Source of the DNA: an uncultured archaeon
GTDB taxonomy: Archaea > Asgardarchaeota > Heimdallarchaeia > Heimdallarchaeales > Heimdallarchaeaceae
Reading direction: 5' to 3'
Length of the DNA stretch: 13,261 nucleotides
Assembly: GCA_964549075.1 (NCBI GenBank)
Contig: CAZJUB010000073.1
Location: 1-13,261, forward strand
The translations under genes were made by a program, and so were the position numbers. Under the pieces are notes generated by a model. That model did not search any database. It was not told the origin of the DNA and saw nothing but the letters and a program-made list of their open reading frames with translations. Shown in pieces: positions 7,227 to 13,261 of the stretch; the stretch's first letter is position 1, and every line of letters starts with the position of its first letter.

Positions 7227-8180
7227 TTATGCAATAATTTTCTCGAATTCTTTTTCATCTATACTTGATCCACTGATTAAAAGAACGACTTTAGATTCTT
7301 GAAAAACTTTGATCTTCTGTATAAATGCAGCAATTGTTAAAGCTGCTGCACCTTCCACTATCATCTCATGTTTATTATAGAGAAATCTTAAAGCATTTCT
7401 GATTTCATCTTCTGATACTAAAACATAATCATCTACATAATTTTTACAATATCCAAAGGTTATAGAATCAGATTCTAAACCTCCAGCAGTACCATCAGAA
7501 AGTGTAGGGAGAGAATCATAGGCTAAAATTTTACCAGCTTTTATTGATTCATACATAACAGGCGAATTGAGTGGTTGACTTCCTATTATCTTAGCTGTTT
7601 TTGATTTACTCTTAAAATAACCAGCAATACCTGAAATTAAACCACCTCCTCCAACTGGTACAAGGATATAATCAAGTTCTTCTATTTGTTTTTCTAATTC
7701 AATGCCTATAGTCCCCTGACCAGCGACAACCAACAGATCATTATAAGGTGAAATATAAGTCAAATTCCTTTTTTCAGCATAATTACGAGCAAAAATTTCT
7801 GCTTGAACACAGTCATCACCATAGAGTATGACTTCTACATTTTTCTCCTTTAAAGCTTTAACCTTAATAGGTGATGCATTCCTTGGTAGAAAGATGGTTC
7901 CTTTTAAACCTAATTTTGTTATTCCATAAGCAAATGCTGCGCCATGATTTCCAGAGGAAGCTGTAACGAACTCAAGTTCATCTTTGTCAGCACTATAGGA
8001 AATCAGACTATTTAGTGCTCCTCGAATCTTGAAAGAACCAGTCTTTTGTTGATTTTCAAGTTTTAGATAAACATCGCAGTTCCCCATCTCACTTAAAATT
8101 GGTGCATACTCTAGTTTGGTCTCTTTAATTGAAGACCTAATTCTCTTCTCTGCTCTAAGTATTTCTTCAAGTAAAGTCAT
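7227..8180 (-). CDS. PLP-dependent threonine/serine dehydratase (fold type II, no regulatory domain)
   Basis: LKLENQQKTGSFKIRGA (PLP lysine), ASSGNHG, AGQGTIGIE, VPVGGGGLISG and VEGAAA. At 317 aa it lacks C-terminal ACT domains. Confidence 0.93.
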   Translation of the reverse strand: MTLLEEILRAEKRIRSSIKETKLEYAPILSEMGNCDVYLKLENQQKTGSFKIRGALNSLISYSADKDELEFVTASSGNHGAAFAYGITKLGLKGTIFLPRNASPIKVKALKEKNVEVILYGDDCVQAEIFARNYAEKRNLTYISPYNDLLVVAGQGTIGIELEKQIEELDYILVPVGGGGLISGIAGYFKSKSKTAKIIGSQPLNSPVMYESIKAGKILAYDSLPTLSDGTAGGLESDSITFGYCKNYVDDYVLVSEDEIRNALRFLYNKHEMIVEGAAALTIAAFIQKIKVFQESKVVLLISGSSIDEKEFEKIIA

Positions 8181-8210
8181 TTGCCTCTTAAAACAACTAC
8201 TTCCGATTTC

Positions 8211-8219
8211 TATTTAAAT
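8211..8219. promoter_or_regulatory. Palindromic TATA-like box (ATTTAAAT) in a 57-nt divergent gap
   Basis: ATTTAAAT at 8212-8219 reads TTTAAAT on both strands and lies between start codons 8180(-) and 8238/8244(+). Confidence 0.4.
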
Positions 8220-8237
8220 CTTGAAGATTAATGATAA

Positions 8238-9074
8238 ATGGAAATGACATACGAACAAGCAGAAAAAGCAAGACTGATACTTCTTGGAACTGGAACTCCA
8301 AACGCTTTACCAAACAGATATGGTCCTTGTGTAGCGATAATTGTAAATAGCACGCCATACTTATTCGATTTTGGTTCTGGTTTAGTTCGAAGAATGAAAC
8401 AAGCTAAAATTGACATAAAAACAATACAGACAGTTTTTCTAACACATCTTCATACTGACCATACTATAGGATATCCAGATTTGATTTTTACAACTTGGGT
8501 GTTAGGAAGACATAATTCATTAGAAGTTTACGGACCGCCTGGAATAACTAATATGACTGAATATATCGAAAGAGCTTATGCAGAAGATATAAATGCAAGA
8601 ATAGATGGATTAGAACCTGCTAACACAACAGGATACAAAGTAAATTGCCACGAAATAGATCCAGGTTTGATATTTAAAGATACAAATATCAATGTTGAAG
8701 CATTTCCAGTAAATCATGGTTTACTGAAAGCATTTGGATATAGAATAACTACACCAGATAGAGTGATAGTAATTTCAGGTGATACATCTCCTTCAGATGA
8801 TTTAATTGAATATTATTCAAATTGTGATATCTTAGTTCATGAAGTATATTCAGCTGAAGGTTTCAAAGAATTACCTGAAAATTGGCAAGAATATCATAAA
8901 TCAATGCACACATCAACATATGAACTAGGAGATATCGCTGAGAAAGTTAAGCCAAAATCTTTGATTCTTTATCATCAACTATTTTGGGGAAGGTCAGAAG
9001 AGGAATTAGTTGAAGAAATAAAAACAAGATATAGCGGAGAGGTAATTTCTGGTAAGGACTTAGATCAATTCTAA
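8238..9074 (+). CDS. Metallo-beta-lactamase fold hydrolase, RNase Z/arylsulfatase-like
   Basis: LLGTGTP, FDFGSG, THLHTDHTIG (HxHxDH), VYGPPG, VNHG, SGDT, LVHE, MHTS and LILYH. Confidence 0.92.
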   Translation: MEMTYEQAEKARLILLGTGTPNALPNRYGPCVAIIVNSTPYLFDFGSGLVRRMKQAKIDIKTIQTVFLTHLHTDHTIGYPDLIFTTWVLGRHNSLEVYGPPGITNMTEYIERAYAEDINARIDGLEPANTTGYKVNCHEIDPGLIFKDTNINVEAFPVNHGLLKAFGYRITTPDRVIVISGDTSPSDDLIEYYSNCDILVHEVYSAEGFKELPENWQEYHKSMHTSTYELGDIAEKVKPKSLILYHQLFWGRSEEELVEEIKTRYSGEVISGKDLDQF

Positions 9075-9075
9075 A

Positions 9076-9082
9076 TTTTTTT
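9076..9082 (+). terminator. Possible archaeal oligo-T terminator
   Basis: T7 run immediately after the stop at 9074, with a second T6 run about 10 nt later. Confidence 0.35.
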
Positions 9083-9122
9083 AAGAAAAGATTTTTTACC
9101 ACTATGTCTCTTTCATTATCTT

Positions 9123-10208
9123 ATGGCAGTTAATGCTATACATACTTATCAAGAAAATATTGGGAAAGAAGAATCACAGAAGGGAGAAGTAATTGTTGAA
9201 ACTACAAGGTATCTCGCTATAGATGTATTTAGAGGATTGGCTATAGTCGCAATGATTTTTGCCAATGTTGTAGCTCCTTTTAACAATGTCCCTACTTGGT
9301 CGAAACATGCGGTAGATTATGGATTAACTTATGTAGATCTTGGAACACCATTCTTCTTCTTTGTCATAGGATTAACTTTCGCAATGTCATTTAACCGATC
9401 TACTGAAAAAATAGGATGGTTTCCAACAATTCTGAAATTTCTTAGAAGATATGCAGCTTTATACGGAATGGGTGCTATTGGTGCAATGTACTTTTTTACA
9501 GATAAAGGGATCCTATTTTCATGGGGAGTGTTGCAAGCTATTGGATTAGCAGGTATTTTTACAATGTTTCTTATAAAATTCCATAGAGCGGTAAGATTTG
9601 CACTTGGAATAGGATTCTTAATAGTTTACCAATATATCCTTACAATATCCGTACAAGTAGGAACAGAGCTAGGAGGTACAGAAATGGTGCTTCTAGGTAA
9701 TCTGAATCTGATGGATACACATGGTGGTATTATAGGAGGTATTGGATATTGTATATTGTTACTCCTTTCTACAGCAATAGTGGATGATTTCAGAAAAACT
9801 AAAAAGTGGTTTATTCTTGTATGTGGTGTGATTTTTACTGCTGGAGGGATTATTTTAGAAATTATATGGAGATACACTGGTTGGCCTCCATTTGGAGGAA
9901 TATCAAAAGAGAGAGTTACAGCTTCGTATATTTTGCTTACTATTGGTTTGGGAGCTATTATATTCTGGTTTCTATGGTTTATTTACGATAAAAAACAATT
10001 AACAAAAAATAGAAGTATTTTACAACCCATGGGAAGAAATGCAATCCTTATGTACATTCTGCATCCAATATTTATTGCTTTGACATTCTTAATCTTGGGT
10101 AGCGATGCTCATGTTGCACTTGTATTCTTTCTTGGAATAATTAGTATAGTGATACTTTGGATTTTAGCTTTCTTTCTAAATAAAAAGAACTTCTATATTG
10201 TAATATGA
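9123..10208 (+). CDS. Membrane acetyltransferase, heparan-alpha-glucosaminide N-acetyltransferase (HGSNAT)/DUF5009-like
   Basis: RYLAIDVFRGLAIVAMIFAN, KHAVDYGLTYVDLGTPFFFFVIG (catalytic His block), WGVLQAIG and MGRNAILMY, plus many hydrophobic TM segments. Confidence 0.88.
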   Translation: MAVNAIHTYQENIGKEESQKGEVIVETTRYLAIDVFRGLAIVAMIFANVVAPFNNVPTWSKHAVDYGLTYVDLGTPFFFFVIGLTFAMSFNRSTEKIGWFPTILKFLRRYAALYGMGAIGAMYFFTDKGILFSWGVLQAIGLAGIFTMFLIKFHRAVRFALGIGFLIVYQYILTISVQVGTELGGTEMVLLGNLNLMDTHGGIIGGIGYCILLLLSTAIVDDFRKTKKWFILVCGVIFTAGGIILEIIWRYTGWPPFGGISKERVTASYILLTIGLGAIIFWFLWFIYDKKQLTKNRSILQPMGRNAILMYILHPIFIALTFLILGSDAHVALVFFLGIISIVILWILAFFLNKKNFYIVI

Positions 10209-10217
10209 GGTAGAAAC

Positions 10218-10617
10218 ATGAAAACAATCAATTCAATTACAGATTTAATTGGGAATACTCCACTTTTACGTCTTGGTAAAATCTTTCCTGAAAAAAATAT
10301 CTATGGTAAATGTGAATTTATGAACCCTTTCAACTTGAAAGATATCATGTATAAGGAAATATAAAGCAATTCTAGTAATGTCTGAAATACAGAGTATAGA
10401 AAGACGACAAATTCTTAGAACATTAGGTGCTGAGCTAATTCCTACTAACATGTCTCCCTTTTTCTCTCTTCGTTGATAAATATTCTTTTTTAGTTCATAA
10501 CAAGATTAGCTAAGTTTTTCTTCCTCAGTTGTTTACGATAATAGTAAAAAAAATATTGTTGTTATTCTCGCAGATACAGGTCAAAGATATTTGAGTGTTG
10601 AAGGACTATTTACTTAA
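10218..10617 (+). pseudogene. cysK: Cysteine synthase (O-acetylserine sulfhydrylase, CysK/CysM family) remnant
   Basis: SD GAGGT and ATG10218 are followed by three blocks: SITDLIGNTPLLRL...IYGKCEFMNPFNLKD (stop 10362-10364); then, in a shifted frame, KYKAILVMSEIQSIERRQILRTLGAELIPT (10357-10446); then KKNIVVILADTGQRYLSVEGLFT-stop (ends 10617). It spans only 400 nt against about 900 expected. Confidence 0.9.
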
Positions 10618-10638
10618 TTTACACAGGAAGGTCCAATT

Positions 10639-11655
10639 TCAAATGGTTTTTGGAAAAATAGTAAAATCATTCCACAAAGTGCCATTATCAAAAATCTTTG
10701 CTTCTTTGCATTTTTTAAACATTTTTTTAGCATAATTAATATGATGTATTAAGCTTTGTTTCGATATAAACTCAGGTGAAAATTCCTTATCTCTTATTTC
10801 AAAAACATGTACTAAAGACCAGTAAAAAACATTCAGTATATGAATTGACCATATCTCATTAATTCTAATTTCTAAGTTACTATCTTCTCTCATTTTTAAA
10901 TAATTTCTCAAGAAATACTCTTTTTTTCTTTCCGTGAAATTGAATGAATCAAAAAGCATTGCTAAATCAATTGCTGGATCAGCAATTCTAAGAGATTCCC
11001 AATCAATTAATTTTAGTCTATCATTGTATAATATGACATTTTGAGGAGCAATGTCACAATGACACAATGTAGTTATTTTTGATTTCAAATTTGTATTAGC
11101 TTGAACTCTTAATCTACAGTTTGTTAGAAAAATGCCAAATTTTTCACTGAGATTATACTTTTTCCATTTATATACCAAATAGTTATGCATTTTTTCAATG
11201 TCAGAAAAAAAATCTTGTATACTCAAATCATTAGGTCGGTACCTAGTATTAATGTTATTCGAAATTTCTTGGTTATGAAATGTTGCAACTAATTGGGCAA
11301 GTTTTCTAATAATATTATCATCAATTTTAATATTAACAAGATTCTGACCTTCAAAGAAATCTACTAAAATAAAGGTTCCTCCTAAAATTTTAGGATTATT
11401 CTCATAAAGATAAATCCTTGGAGCAAAATCAAACTTTTCTAGAAATTTTAAATTATTATATTCTATATGTGATTTTAAAGGACTTTTTGGGTCTACATTA
11501 ACACGAAGAATAAATTGCTTTTGATTTATTTCTACTTTATAATTGAGATTACTCTCTCCCAGTTCAGGTGATTGAATATTTCCTATAGTTATTTCATCAG
11601 AGTTAAACATCAACGGATTTAATGAAAAAAGATAATTCTTTATTTTAGATTTCAT
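10639..11655 (-). CDS. Aminoglycoside phosphotransferase/choline-ethanolamine kinase family protein
   Basis: GESNLNYKV loop, FILRV, Brenner motif CHCDIAPQNV, and LIDWE...DPAIDLA. Confidence 0.9.
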   Translation of the reverse strand: MKSKIKNYLFSLNPLMFNSDEITIGNIQSPELGESNLNYKVEINQKQFILRVNVDPKSPLKSHIEYNNLKFLEKFDFAPRIYLYENNPKILGGTFILVDFFEGQNLVNIKIDDNIIRKLAQLVATFHNQEISNNINTRYRPNDLSIQDFFSDIEKMHNYLVYKWKKYNLSEKFGIFLTNCRLRVQANTNLKSKITTLCHCDIAPQNVILYNDRLKLIDWESLRIADPAIDLAMLFDSFNFTERKKEYFLRNYLKMREDSNLEIRINEIWSIHILNVFYWSLVHVFEIRDKEFSPEFISKQSLIHHINYAKKMFKKCKEAKIFDNGTLWNDFTIFPKTI

Positions 11656-11807
11656 TTAAAACAAAACTAATATCAGCTGGTTATATCTTTTATTTTCCAA
11701 TCAATTTGAGAGAAAGTGTCATATTTTTTAAAATTACTCTAATTTTTAGGTAAGATTTATGAGATACTGTCTTTTAATTACTTAAAATTACTTGTGTTGA
11801 TCTTTAA

Positions 11808-13261
11808 ATGAAAAATTTGGAAATTGAAACTGAAATGAAAGCTCCTTCTTATGCTCCTATGAAACGTTTTGCAAGTATAGATTTCTTACGAGGTTTGGCT
11901 ATTTTCATTATGATCTTTCTCCATATGGTTGGAGATTACCTTGATATTGACACACTTCTTGCTGATGTAAATCAGATTCCTCTAATAAATATAGTAGCTC
12001 TCATTGTTCTACCCCTGTTAGGTGGTTTAGCAGGTTTATTCTTGATTGCTTCATCCATTTCTAATATGCTAAGTATGCAAAAAAATCTTCAGCAAGGAAA
12101 AAGTATAGGTTCGATTGTGGTAAAGCAAATTATAGGAGGAATTGTTTTGCTTTTCTTTGCAATGTTGACTGAAGGGTTTACAGGTTATCATGGAACTATT
12201 GGAAATTTCATTTTAAACTTGAATAATCCCCCACTATCATTTAACATGGATATTGCAATGACTCAGTGGGCTACCTTCGAAGCAATTCATACAATAGCTT
12301 GGTGTGTTATTTTAAATGGAATTGTCCAAGGATTGCTTTCTATCAGAGGTTGGTGGAAGAAACCAAAACGCCAAATGCTAATTTATGTGGTTTTAATCAT
12401 AATCGTTCTTGCATCTACAAAATTTATCTGGACCGGGATTTATAATGGTATCAAAGGAACTGATGGGATTGGATTCCCTTGGGGACACAACGTAGACGGA
12501 ACTTTTTTGTCTAATCCAAACCTTCGTACATCAGGATTCTCTGCAGTAATCATAGGAATTTTTGTGAACCCTCTTGCTGCTCCAATGGAACCAATATTCC
12601 CATATCTAGCTGTATCATTTATGGGAAGTATAATTGGTATTGCAATTTCCCAACCTAAAAAAGCATTATTCAAAGGATTCGCAAAAACTGTACTTTTAAC
12701 TGGCTTTGCAATGTTTACTATTGGTGCTATTGGTACCGTCTTTGAATTAGCTAACATAATGACAGGCATAGATTCTATAGGAGGAGATGGATTTGGTGCA
12801 GGAGTTGAATTCTACAGATACATTTCATTTCATCGCCATTGGTTCCCTGATGCTACACTAGCTTATTCTGATTATATTACGTCATTTGCTTGGTTTTGGC
12901 AGACTTTCATCACTAATGGTTTTAGTATTATGTTGTGTACGATGATTTTGTATTTGGTAGAATTTCGTGGTAGAGGGAGTTATTTTGCCAAGAAGTCAGG
13001 TTACATTCGACGTTATGGAATAATAGCTTTTTCCAACTACAATAATCAATGGATATATTATTTTCCAGTTCTAATGTTGGGAGAGATAGGATTACATCAT
13101 ATGCTTTGGGGTAAAACATTTTTATCTATATTAATCACATTTGTATTATATACTATTGTTTTATACTTATGGGGATTAGTAAATTACCGTTTTTCATTTG
13201 AATGGTTTATGAAATCTATAGGATACATCCTGCTTCCAATTCGAAGAGTTGATGCTTTGAA
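11808..13261 (+). CDS. Polytopic membrane acyltransferase, DUF1624/HGSNAT-like; 3'-truncated by the window end (not in the ORF track)
   Basis: My translation from ATG11808 stays open for 484 codons to the end: MKNLEIETEMKAPSYAPMKRFASIDFLRGLAIFIMIFLH...GGLAGLFLIASSIS...FEAIHTIAW...EPIFPYLAVSFMG...FSFEWFMK. It has many TM segments. Confidence 0.88.
   Translation, partial: MKNLEIETEMKAPSYAPMKRFASIDFLRGLAIFIMIFLHMVGDYLDIDTLLADVNQIPLINIVALIVLPLLGGLAGLFLIASSISNMLSMQKNLQQGKSIGSIVVKQIIGGIVLLFFAMLTEGFTGYHGTIGNFILNLNNPPLSFNMDIAMTQWATFEAIHTIAWCVILNGIVQGLLSIRGWWKKPKRQMLIYVVLIIIVLASTKFIWTGIYNGIKGTDGIGFPWGHNVDGTFLSNPNLRTSGFSAVIIGIFVNPLAAPMEPIFPYLAVSFMGSIIGIAISQPKKALFKGFAKTVLLTGFAMFTIGAIGTVFELANIMTGIDSIGGDGFGAGVEFYRYISFHRHWFPDATLAYSDYITSFAWFWQTFITNGFSIMLCTMILYLVEFRGRGSYFAKKSGYIRRYGIIAFSNYNNQWIYYFPVLMLGEIGLHHMLWGKTFLSILITFVLYTIVLYLWGLVNYRFSFEWFMKSIGYILLPIRRVDAL

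Noticed and set aside
6803-9991. ORFs 6803..7093(-), 8228..8416(-), 9626..9877(-) and 9806..9991(+)
   Set aside because: Antisense or out-of-frame overlaps of the well-supported Nudix, MBL and acetyltransferase genes.
10344-10364. Programmed frameshift or stop readthrough restoring cysK
   Set aside because: Large conserved parts of the enzyme are physically absent and several stops follow, so recoding could not restore it.
10266-10451. 61-aa minus-strand ORF as a real gene
   Set aside because: It is antisense to the recognisable cysK blocks. Only its first residues are of interest, as noted in the inversion finding.
12440-13119. ORFs 12440..12769(-) and 12928..13119(-)
   Set aside because: Shadows of the long + strand membrane protein gene starting at 11808.
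1-13261. CRISPR arrays, tRNA/rRNA genes, IS elements, long tandem repeats
   Set aside because: None seen by eye. Intergenic gaps are short, with no repeat-spacer periodicity or transposase motifs.

Overview
AT-rich window that looks archaeal: TATA-like boxes sit about 25-35 nt before first genes and GAGG-type SD sites precede internal genes. An Arf-like gene points to an Asgard lineage, which is inference only. The main feature is a tightly coupled five-gene minus-strand operon (6534->608) encoding, in order: an Arf-family small-GTPase fold with all nucleotide-binding motifs degenerate; a PrkA/YeaG- or chelatase-like AAA+ ATPase; a vWA protein with an intact MIDAS; a SpoVR-like zincin-fold protein; and a HEAT-repeat protein. 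This reads as a very divergent PrkA-YeaH-SpoVR triad bracketed by two eukaryote-like partners. The right half encodes a Nudix hydrolase, a PLP Ser/Thr dehydratase, an RNase Z-like metallo-beta-lactamase, a deletion-riddled cysteine synthase pseudogene, an APH/choline kinase-family phosphotransferase and two HGSNAT/DUF1624-type membrane acetyltransferases. The second acetyltransferase is missing from the ORF track because it runs off the window end. Family assignments come from motif recognition by eye against remembered consensus sequences, not from database searches.
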